Below, piece by piece: positions 55,008 through 64,000 of a stretch of 64,000 bases of DNA; the first letter of the stretch is position 1; each line of letters begins with the position of its first letter. The DNA is from an uncultured candidate division Zixibacteria bacterium (GTDB taxonomy: Bacteria > Zixibacteria > MSB-5A5 > GN15 > PGXB01): NCBI GenBank assembly GCA_963702205.1, contig OY969724.1, forward strand, positions 2,848,001 through 2,912,000, given 5' to 3'. A program made the translations under genes and the position numbers. Under the pieces are notes generated by a model. That model searched no databases. It had not been told where the DNA came from and saw only the letters and a program-made list of their open reading frames with translations.

Positions 55008-55991
55008 TTAGTATTCCATTACCTTGCGAACGGCCCGAATGATTTTCTCGGCGTTGGGCAGGAAATAGTGCTCCATCGGCGGTGCGAATGGAAGCATCGG
55101 GACATCCAGCCCGGCCACTCGCACGACCGGTGCGTCGAGATAATCAAACGCCTCTTCCATTATGGTTGCGGCCACCTCGGCCATCACCCCGCCGGTCTTG
55201 GAATTTTCCTGCACCAGCACGGCCCGCGAAGTTTTCTTAACCGACTCCAGGATCATCTCGCGGTCCCAGGGAGACAGTGTCCGCATGTCTATCAATTCGA
55301 CCGATACACCGTCTTTTTCCAGCGTCTCGATTGCTTCCAAAGTGCGATGGTACATCAGTCCGTACGTTACTATCGTTATGTCTTTGCCTTCCTTGCGCAT
55401 AGCGGCTTTGCCGATCGGGACGGTGAAGTCGCCGTCGGGAAGGTCCTCTTTTATCCAGCGGTACAGCCGCTTGTGTTCGAAGAATATGACCGGGTCCTCG
55501 CCGCGTATGGCCGATTTTAATAATCCTTTGGCGTCGTACGGCGTCGCCGGAAGAATTACGACCAGTCCCGGCTGAGAGAAGAACCATTGTTCGTTTATCT
55601 GCGAATGGTACAACCCGCCGCCGACGTCGCCCCCACAGCACACCCGGAGCGTCATCGGGCAGGTCCACTCCCCGCCGCTGCGGTAGCGAATCTTGGCCGC
55701 CTGCTGGATGATCTGATCCATCGACGGTGTAATAAAGTCGGCGAACTGAATTTCAGGCACCGGTTTCATCCCGGCCATGGCTGCACCGACCGAACCACCG
55801 GCGATGAAAACTTCCGAAATCGGCGAATCAATAACGCGCTCGGAACCGTACTTGTCCATCAGGCCTTTGGTAGCTTTAAAAACGCCGCCGTACAGCGCGA
55901 TATCCTGACCGATCAAAAAGACGCGTTCGTCACGCGCCATTTCTTCGTCGAGGGCCTGGGTAATTCCCTGTATGTATGTCGTCATGGCCAT
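55008..55991 (-). CDS. 2-oxoacid dehydrogenase E1 beta
   Basis: GGVFKAT, DSPISE, EIQFADF, HSQ, FFEHK; ATG at 55991. Confidence 0.96.
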   Translation of the reverse strand: MAMTTYIQGITQALDEEMARDERVFLIGQDIALYGGVFKATKGLMDKYGSERVIDSPISEVFIAGGSVGAAMAGMKPVPEIQFADFITPSMDQIIQQAAKIRYRSGGEWTCPMTLRVCCGGDVGGGLYHSQINEQWFFSQPGLVVILPATPYDAKGLLKSAIRGEDPVIFFEHKRLYRWIKEDLPDGDFTVPIGKAAMRKEGKDITIVTYGLMYHRTLEAIETLEKDGVSVELIDMRTLSPWDREMILESVKKTSRAVLVQENSKTGGVMAEVAATIMEEAFDYLDAPVVRVAGLDVPMLPFAPPMEHYFLPNAEKIIRAVRKVMEY

Positions 55992-55995
55992 ATCG

Positions 55996-57051
55996 TCACT
56001 CCTCTTCCTCTTCGTCTTCCATAAGAGCATCGTGGCGAACCGGGAATGCCGACGAGTAAACGTCGTTATAAGCTTCCTCGGGCTCGACATACTTCTCGTT
56101 TTCGCAAATCTTGACCGCTTCGTCCACTTCCACGTCGACCTCAGAGATTATGGCGTCGCGTTTGGTTTCGTCGATCACACCGTTGGCCAGCAGAATCTTC
56201 TCCGCCCGTGCCAGGGGATCTTTCTTGATCCATTCTTCGACTTCGGTTTTTTGGCGATAATCGGCGGGGTCTATTTCGCTGTGGCCGTACCAGCGGTACG
56301 TCATACATTCGATGAAGGTCGGTCCCTCACCGGCACGCGCTCTTTTGACCGCTTCTGAGGAGACTTTGTATACTTCGAATATATCGTTGCCGTCGATGGT
56401 GGTACCCGGGAAACCGTAGGCCTTGGCCCTGTCCGCGAAATTCTTGATTCCGGCCTGAAGACTCGCCGGGACAGATTCCGCCCAGAAATTGTTCTGACAT
56501 ATATACACGCAGGCCAGCTTGTGCACCCCGGCGAAATTCAACGCCTCGTGCCAGCCGCCGCGCGACGTGGCCCCTTCTCCAAAAAACGAAACTACGACAT
56601 TATCTTTTTTCTGAATCTTGAACGCCATCGCCATACCGGTTCCGAGTATCGTCTGTGCGGCCAGCGTCGACGACGGGTGAATAACACCCTTCTCGCGGGA
56701 ACCGTAATGGCACGGATGAGCCTTGCCCTTGTCGGTCGAATTGCGCCGGGCGTAAACCTGTGCCACGATTATCGGCAGCGGGATTCCTTTGGTTATGGCC
56801 GCACCCAACTCACGATGCGACGGAGCGACGATGTCTTCGTCACGAAGGCCGTACGTCGGCCCGACCGTGGTCGCCTCCTGTCCGACCGCGGAGAAGTATG
56901 TCCCGGCGAAGCGTCCCTGGCGGAAAAGCTTCCGGAATTTCTCGTCCATAACGCGCGTTTTTAAAAGATTCGTATAAAGCCCGACCAGGGTCTTTTCCGG
57001 CAGGGCCAGCTTATCCAGGTTCGGGACTTTTTCCGTTGAGCTCTCAGCCAC
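55996..57051 (-). CDS. 2-oxoacid dehydrogenase E1 alpha (possibly branched-chain)
   Basis: GQEA, TPP motif GEGAT..QNN, TYRWYGHS. Confidence 0.94.
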   Translation of the reverse strand: MAESSTEKVPNLDKLALPEKTLVGLYTNLLKTRVMDEKFRKLFRQGRFAGTYFSAVGQEATTVGPTYGLRDEDIVAPSHRELGAAITKGIPLPIIVAQVYARRNSTDKGKAHPCHYGSREKGVIHPSSTLAAQTILGTGMAMAFKIQKKDNVVVSFFGEGATSRGGWHEALNFAGVHKLACVYICQNNFWAESVPASLQAGIKNFADRAKAYGFPGTTIDGNDIFEVYKVSSEAVKRARAGEGPTFIECMTYRWYGHSEIDPADYRQKTEVEEWIKKDPLARAEKILLANGVIDETKRDAIISEVDVEVDEAVKICENEKYVEPEEAYNDVYSSAFPVRHDALMEDEEEEE

Positions 57052-57136
57052 TTAACCTCCAACGGCTTTTTTATAATGAAACGTTATTTTACAATTTATC
57101 CTGTTACGCAACAAACATCGGTCATTTGAAACAAAT

Positions 57137-58342
57137 CTACTCTTTATATGGCCACGCCGGAAGGTTGACGCGCCGAGGTTTGTCTTCGCGGTATCCCAGC
57201 GCATAATCGGCCTGCATCAGTTTGTGAATCTCACGCGTGCCTTCGTAGATCGACGCGCCTTTGCAGTTGCGATAAAACCGTTCCACAGGATATTCATCGG
57301 AAAATCCGTAGGCTCCATGAACCTGCACGGCGTCGGCGGCGGCCTTTTCGGCCTCCTGACAGGCAATCCACTTGGCCAGCGAGGTTTCTCTCGTCGCCCT
57401 GATCCCGGCATTACGCAGCCATCCGGCTTTCATCCATAACAGTCGAGCGTATTCGTAACCGGCAGACATATTGGCGATCATCTCTTTGACCAGTTGATGC
57501 CGCGCGATTTCAACTTCGAATGTCTTTCTGGTATGAGCATAACTGACGCTGGCGTCGAGACAGGCTCTGACCAATCCGGTCGATCCCCCTGCAACAGTGT
57601 AGCGCCCTTGCTCAAGACAGAACATGGCGATCCCGAAACCTTCACCTTCCTGACCGAGTAAATTCTCCGCCGGGACTTCGACGTCCTGCATAGCTATCCA
57701 GCCGGTGTTGCCCGCCCGAACGCCGAGCTTGCCGTGTATTGTGCCCGTCGTCACTCCGGGATATTTCCGTTCTACAATGAATCCGGAGATACCGCTGTGG
57801 TCGCGTTTCTGTTTCTTGTCGAGATCGGTCCAGGCAAAAATAAGAAAATTGTCGGCGACGTCGGACAGCGAAATCCACATTTTCTCACCGTTTAATATAT
57901 ATTTGTCGCCCTTCTTTTCGGCGGTCGTCTGAATACCGACCGCATCGGACCCGGCGTTGGGTTCGGTCAGGCCGAAGGTTCCTATTTTTTGACCTTTTGC
58001 CTGCGGAATCAAGTATTTTTCTTTTTGAAAATCATTACCCCACGACAACAGGGTCAAAGAGTTCAAGCCGATATGAACCGATAAAATGACGCGCGCCGAG
58101 GTGTCCGCGTATTCCAGTTCTTCACATGCCAGCCCCAGAGAAATATAATCCATGCCCGCTCCGCCGTATTTTTCAGGAAGACAGAGCCCCAGAACGTCGG
58201 CGTCGGCCATTTTGGTCAGTATGGATTTATCGAATTGTTCGTTTTTATCGTGTTCGCGAACGGTGGGGATAATATGCCTTGCAGCGAAATCTCGGCACAG
58301 TTCTGATACCGATTTATGATCCTCGTTTAGTTCAAAATCCAT
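57137..58342 (-). CDS. Acyl-CoA dehydrogenase
   Basis: FGLTEPNAGSD, NGEKMWIS, HGAYG, IYEGT. Confidence 0.96.
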   Translation of the reverse strand: MDFELNEDHKSVSELCRDFAARHIIPTVREHDKNEQFDKSILTKMADADVLGLCLPEKYGGAGMDYISLGLACEELEYADTSARVILSVHIGLNSLTLLSWGNDFQKEKYLIPQAKGQKIGTFGLTEPNAGSDAVGIQTTAEKKGDKYILNGEKMWISLSDVADNFLIFAWTDLDKKQKRDHSGISGFIVERKYPGVTTGTIHGKLGVRAGNTGWIAMQDVEVPAENLLGQEGEGFGIAMFCLEQGRYTVAGGSTGLVRACLDASVSYAHTRKTFEVEIARHQLVKEMIANMSAGYEYARLLWMKAGWLRNAGIRATRETSLAKWIACQEAEKAAADAVQVHGAYGFSDEYPVERFYRNCKGASIYEGTREIHKLMQADYALGYREDKPRRVNLPAWPYKE

Positions 58343-58437
58343 TATTTCACCCGAAATCCGTTGTATTTTTGGTAATGAGAATCATACTCTTTTCACCTAA
58401 ATTTATCAAGTCAAAACAGCCGCAAACTCGTTTAGTT

Positions 58438-59241
58438 TCAATTAATTTGCGTCAAATGGCAAAAAATGGCGGCAAACCCGGCCGCGAACAAAGTCCCGGC
58501 CAGATTAACAAGATCGTTTTTCACCCATGATATCCCGCCGTTCAGACGGCTGCCCGGGGTTTTTGATTCCGAATGGCGGTTGGTGGCCGCGTCGAAATAG
58601 CGTCCCTGCACCGTCGCGCCCAGCACCGAGTCGATGACCGACCCCAGAAATCCGGCCAGCGATGCTGCCAGCCATATCATTACCGCTTCCGATCCGCCGC
58701 CAGCCAGATAAAAGGCCAGGCCGGTCAGAGCCGAACCTGCCAGAGAAGCCATTGTCCCGTTCAGGCTGACTCCTCCCGACTGCCCCGGTGTCAGCGATTT
58801 AAAATTAATTATTGAGACCGTCCCGACTTTGCGGATGGTCCCGATTTCGGTGGCCCAGGTATCGGCGGCCGCTTCACAAATTGCCGCCAGCGACATGGCC
58901 AGCCAGACTATCGACCCCGTTGCCCGGAATACGATCAAGGCTACCGAAGCCGCGCCGCCGTTGGCCAGCACTTGCCAGATATCCCGCGCGCCGGTTTTCT
59001 CGGCCAAGCGCATGGCTGTAGACTTATGGCCGCTTTTGATTCGTGAAAGAATACTCGCGGAAACAAAGAAAAACAAGAGCGGGACGGTCATAATCCAGCC
59101 GCCCAGCCCGAAAAAGATGGTCCCGACTATGACGGTCCCGACCGTTCCTGATACCGTCAGCGCCCGCAGAAAGTACAAAACCACCCCCAGCACCAGGGCC
59201 AGAGCGAATCCATAACCAATTTGTAGATCATTTAAGTCCAT
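58438..59241 (-). CDS. DUF92/TMEM19-family membrane protein
   Basis: RDIWQVLANG, ADTWATEIG, GQSGGVS, DSVLGATVQ, NDLVN. Confidence 0.92.
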   Translation of the reverse strand: MDLNDLQIGYGFALALVLGVVLYFLRALTVSGTVGTVIVGTIFFGLGGWIMTVPLLFFFVSASILSRIKSGHKSTAMRLAEKTGARDIWQVLANGGAASVALIVFRATGSIVWLAMSLAAICEAAADTWATEIGTIRKVGTVSIINFKSLTPGQSGGVSLNGTMASLAGSALTGLAFYLAGGGSEAVMIWLAASLAGFLGSVIDSVLGATVQGRYFDAATNRHSESKTPGSRLNGGISWVKNDLVNLAGTLFAAGFAAIFCHLTQIN

Positions 59242-59287
59242 AATTGCGGCAACAATCTTTACGTATCTTTGTTACGGGATAAAGATT

Positions 59288-60331
59288 ATGGATTTATCCT
59301 CGAAAAACAAGATTGTTCTGGTGACCGGGGCCAGCGGCCAGTTTGGACGAAAACTCGTGCCGGAACTGATTCGCCGCGGTTATTCGGTGCGGGCCCATTT
59401 CCGATCCGAAGAAAAAGCCCGGCGCTGGTGTCCGCCGGAAGTTAAGGCGGTTTATGGTGATCTAATCGAGCCTTCGTGGCTGTCTGAAGCTGTAAATGGC
59501 TGTGACTTTGTCATCCACTGCGCCGCAAAGGTGAGCCTGCGATCCGGCCATATTGAAAACATTGTGAAGATCAACGTCGACGGTACCCGGGCGGTGGTCG
59601 AGGCTTGTTTCGAAAATAATATAAAAAGGTTGGTGCACGTGTCTTCTATTGCGGCGGTTGGGGCATCGACCAATGGCTCTCCCCTGGATGAGACCGCTCC
59701 TTTCAACTTGTCCGGATTCGATATCCCCTATTTTGAAACCAAACTCCAAGCCGAGCGAATTGCGCTTGATGCGAACAATGATAAGTTGGAAACAGTTGTC
59801 GTGAATCCCTCTATTATGATTTCCCCGCCTGACCGGAAGCTGACCGACGGTGACCGGGCCCGCATCCCCAAGAGAATACCGATTTATTTTGATCTCGGGA
59901 TTAATCTGGTGCAGACCGAAGACGTCGTCGACGGGACCATCAAAGCCCTCGAAAAAGGCCGCGACGGTCAGCGCTATATTCTGGCCGGAGAGAATGTATC
60001 GTCGAAGCGGCTGATTGACCTCGCCGCGAAATTCATGAACATGAAGCGTCCTTTTGTAAAAATCCCGCGCGCGGTTCTCTATTTAGCGGCGCTTTTGACC
60101 GAACTGTTCGGTTCCGGATACAGCCCGGTCAAGAAGGTTTTCCCGGCGTCGAAATTGAACAGGAATCTTGTCCGTCTGGCCGGGATGAAATTCTATTATT
60201 CGTCCGAAAAAGCAAAGAGCGAACTGGGCTTTAATCCGAGGCCACTGGAGCAGTCGATTACTGAAATCATCGCCGCATATTTCGGTCAAGCGGTCCCGGC
60301 AGATCAGCCCATAAAAAAAGCCGTCGTTTAA
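59288..60331 (+). CDS. NAD-dependent epimerase/dehydratase (dihydroflavonol-reductase-like)
   Basis: VTGASGQFG, VIHCAA, HVSS, YFETK. Confidence 0.92.
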   Translation: MDLSSKNKIVLVTGASGQFGRKLVPELIRRGYSVRAHFRSEEKARRWCPPEVKAVYGDLIEPSWLSEAVNGCDFVIHCAAKVSLRSGHIENIVKINVDGTRAVVEACFENNIKRLVHVSSIAAVGASTNGSPLDETAPFNLSGFDIPYFETKLQAERIALDANNDKLETVVVNPSIMISPPDRKLTDGDRARIPKRIPIYFDLGINLVQTEDVVDGTIKALEKGRDGQRYILAGENVSSKRLIDLAAKFMNMKRPFVKIPRAVLYLAALLTELFGSGYSPVKKVFPASKLNRNLVRLAGMKFYYSSEKAKSELGFNPRPLEQSITEIIAAYFGQAVPADQPIKKAVV

Positions 60332-60342
60332 TCCGACGGCCT
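60313..60342. terminator. Terminator between convergent genes
   Basis: AAAAAAA-GCCGTCG..CGACGGC-CTT. Confidence 0.65.
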
Positions 60343-60404
60343 TCGAGTCGTTCTACCATACGAACGACAACTTCAAGTGATCACTGTATTTTATTACTAC
60401 TTAA

Positions 60405-61031
60405 TTATTTGACAAACTTCTTGTAACGGGCGTTGATTCTTTCCCAACTCAGGTTCTTGATGAAATTGTCAATGTAGGTGGCCCGTCCGGCGCCGTCTTT
60501 GTGGTAGTAGGCATGCTCGAAAACGTCGCACGGAATCAGCGGGATAGCTCCCCACATGGCGCCATAATGATGCTCATCGACCAGCACGTTAAGCAGTCGT
60601 CCGCTGAAAAGAGAATCGAAAGCCAGCACGCCCCAGCCGGAGAGTTTGGCCGAGAAAGCGGTCGCCTTGAAATCTTCGACCCATTTATCGAACGAGCCAA
60701 ATTCCTTCTCGATAGCCTTCTTGATTTCCGGTCCCTTGCCCGGGTCACCGTCACCGCCAAGGACTTCCCAATAGACATCGTGCAGCAGCGCTCCGGCGTG
60801 GTTCCAGGTCTGACGGCGTTTCAGTTCGCCGATTTCGGAATAATTGCCGTTGGCTTTGGAGCGGTCGGCCGTGGCCAGGCCTTTTTCTATCGTATTGAGG
60901 GCAGCCACATAGCCGGCGTGGTGTTTGTTGTAGTGCCAGTCGGACGTTTCGGGCGAAATTACATTCTTGAGAAGAGTCTTTGCTTCATCGTCGCTATACG
61001 GACGAGCTTTGAGTTTCCATTCGTAAGCCAT
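60405..61031 (-). CDS. Fe/Mn superoxide dismutase
   Basis: HYNKHH, LHDVYW, DVFEHAYY. Confidence 0.93.
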   Translation of the reverse strand: MAYEWKLKARPYSDDEAKTLLKNVISPETSDWHYNKHHAGYVAALNTIEKGLATADRSKANGNYSEIGELKRRQTWNHAGALLHDVYWEVLGGDGDPGKGPEIKKAIEKEFGSFDKWVEDFKATAFSAKLSGWGVLAFDSLFSGRLLNVLVDEHHYGAMWGAIPLIPCDVFEHAYYHKDGAGRATYIDNFIKNLSWERINARYKKFVK

Positions 61032-61055
61032 TTTATTACTCCTTTTTTAGAAACA

Positions 61056-61108
61056 TGTCAGGAGCTCCCTCGCTGCGCTCGGGACCTTCGGCAGGGCTCC
61101 TGACCTAC
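61056..61108 (-). repeat. Composite GTAG REP
   Basis: GTAGGTCAGGAGC..CCGAAGGTCCCGAGCGCAGCGAGGGA..GCTCCTGACA; close relative of 44745-44800. Confidence 0.85.
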
Positions 61109-61396
61109 TGAGGCCATTTTCGCAACTTTCGGCGGATATTATCTTTCGTTTATCGTTTCGATTACCCCTCATTACAACGGCTTTCGGAAATTGTTCCCGT
61201 GATTTTACGATGCTCCGATATGAAAATTGTATACGGGATGTTGGAGGCTGAAAAAGATGCAAAGAGCCCACCGCAAGGGGCTTGTTGAAAAAGTGGTGTC
61301 AATATGTTCCGTCAGGTTCTGATCCCGACGAAGTCGGGATTGACACCTTGTATCTTTGCGTCTGTTTATATATTAGCTATACTTTGCATATAATTA

Positions 61397-62504
<1,108 letters not shown>

Positions 62505-62752
62505 CAAATTAGACAGTCGCTGACGGCTTCTTTAGCTTCAATAACTTACAATGCGGTCAGGTCACACGCCCCGATAAATCGGGGCGCAGGACCTGACCGA
62601 ACAAGCTTTTTCAACAAGCCCCAGGCGGCGGGGCACCCCTTCATCGCAGCGCTGTTCCGGCAGGTCATCAAAGGCTGTCCGGATAAAATTATCATTGAAT
62701 CGTCGGATTTGAAGTTTGACCAGCGCTATTTGAAAGCATATCTTCTCCCAAC

Positions 62753-63943
62753 ATGGAATTTCCAAAATTGAAACTTAAGGCGTCAGGAAGAAAGGTCATC
62801 GCGCGAAGGCACCCCTGGGTTTTTTCCGGAGCCATTGAGAAAATCCCCGATGATATAGAAAACGGATCTCCGGTTTATCTAATCGACGGCGATAACATCG
62901 TAGCAAGCGGCCTTTTCTCACAAAAGTCGATGATAGCAGTCCGCATTATGGCGTTTGATAAAGTGACAATCGACCGCGAATTTATGAAGGATCGCATTTC
63001 AGCAGCCGCCGAAGCCAGAAAGCGGATAGGTTTTGAAGAAAACGCCGATACCACCGGCTACCGCCTCGTATACGGTGAATCCGATGGTCTCCCCGGCCTC
63101 GTAGTTGATCGATATGGCAACACTCTCGTTCTTCAAATCTCGACCGCCGGGACGGACAAGCTGCGCGAGACGATTGTCGAAATACTGACGGAATTATATA
63201 ATCCCACCGCTATTTATGAAAAAAGCGATCTGCCGTCGCGGCTCGAAGAAGGTTTAAAGCCGCAGTCGGGGCAACTGTACGGTGCAGATATCGAGACGAT
63301 AGAATTTCGTGAAAACGGCCGGACTTGTCTGGCCGATATCGTCACCGGTCAAAAAACCGGTTTCTATCTTGATCAGCGCGATTTGCGGCAGGAAATATAT
63401 CATCTGGCGAAAGACAAAAAAACCGCCGACCTGTTTTCGTACACCGGGGCGGCCGGTATCGCGGCGCTGGTCGGAGGAGCATCATCGGTTGATTTTGTCG
63501 ATTCCTCGGCCCCGGCTCTGGCTTTGTGTCGCAGACATGCCGAGATTAACGGATTTAATTATGAATCATTTGAAACCATCGAAGCCGATATTTTCCAGTG
63601 GCTCGGGACTCAAAATAATCCCAAGTACGATCTTGTTTTGCTCGATCCCCCGGCACTCATAAAATCACAAAAGCATATCGACGCCGGAGTCAAAGCTTAT
63701 CATTTTTTGAACCGGGCGGCGATTCGGATTATAAATGACTTTGGAATACTGGTTACATCGAGCTGTTCGTCGTTCATGACCGAAGAAATGCTTCTTGAGA
63801 TTCTTCATAAGGCCTCAAATCAGGCCGGTGTATCGCTTAACATATTAAAAGTGGTGCATCAATCGCCGGACCACCCGGTCCCGGTCACGTTTCCGGAGGC
63901 GGCGTATTTGAAATCATTTATCTGTCAGGTCCGAAGAAAATAA
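62753..63943 (+). CDS. RlmI-like class I SAM-dependent rRNA methyltransferase
   Basis: RHPWVF, GESDGLPGLVVDRY, GQKTGFYLDQR, DLFSYTG, LDPP, SSCS, DHP. Confidence 0.93.
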   Translation: MEFPKLKLKASGRKVIARRHPWVFSGAIEKIPDDIENGSPVYLIDGDNIVASGLFSQKSMIAVRIMAFDKVTIDREFMKDRISAAAEARKRIGFEENADTTGYRLVYGESDGLPGLVVDRYGNTLVLQISTAGTDKLRETIVEILTELYNPTAIYEKSDLPSRLEEGLKPQSGQLYGADIETIEFRENGRTCLADIVTGQKTGFYLDQRDLRQEIYHLAKDKKTADLFSYTGAAGIAALVGGASSVDFVDSSAPALALCRRHAEINGFNYESFETIEADIFQWLGTQNNPKYDLVLLDPPALIKSQKHIDAGVKAYHFLNRAAIRIINDFGILVTSSCSSFMTEEMLLEILHKASNQAGVSLNILKVVHQSPDHPVPVTFPEAAYLKSFICQVRRK

Positions 63944-64000
63944 TCACCGGCGGCTGCGGATAAAAGCTACAACCGCGCCAATAAATGAAGCAATATTGCC

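Noticed and set aside
61371..61390. Alternative IS110 left end at TAG-CT-ATACT
   Set aside because: It matches neither target nor donor guides and gives a 14-bp promoter spacer; the core at 61347-61348 satisfies all four guides with a 17-bp spacer.

Overview
A 64-kb bacterial chromosome segment. The rplM-rpsI-rpsB-tsf gene order and a FlgD/T9SS-like C-terminal tail suggest an FCB-affiliated lineage such as Zixibacteria; this is inference and needs 16S classification. Core content: the rplM-rpsI-rpsB-tsf-pyrH-frr operon, a complete minus-strand rrn operon (16S, tRNA-Ile, tRNA-Ala, 23S, 5S), tRNA-Ala(GGC), tRNA-Arg(CCG), lipB, a 2-oxoacid dehydrogenase cluster with an acyl-CoA dehydrogenase, msrBA, SOD and several secreted peptidases. 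Mobile DNA includes two matching 1318-bp IS256 copies in inverted orientation: one interrupts an AT-rich gene with an 8-bp TSD, the other has no TSD. The best observation is an IS621-like IS110 element (61349-62521) whose bridge RNA can be decoded by eye, because all four guide segments match its own ends and its genomic flanks. It sits in a REP-like hairpin, inside a ~173-bp TIR-bounded MITE, itself in the loop of another hairpin; an empty relative of the target, lacking the CT core, lies at ~49975. Also present are a GTAGGTC...GACAT REP family with variable arms, a candidate split histidine kinase and a candidate HEPN protein. Three single-base frameshifts, one in essential rplM, are probably consensus errors. 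No CRISPR array was found.
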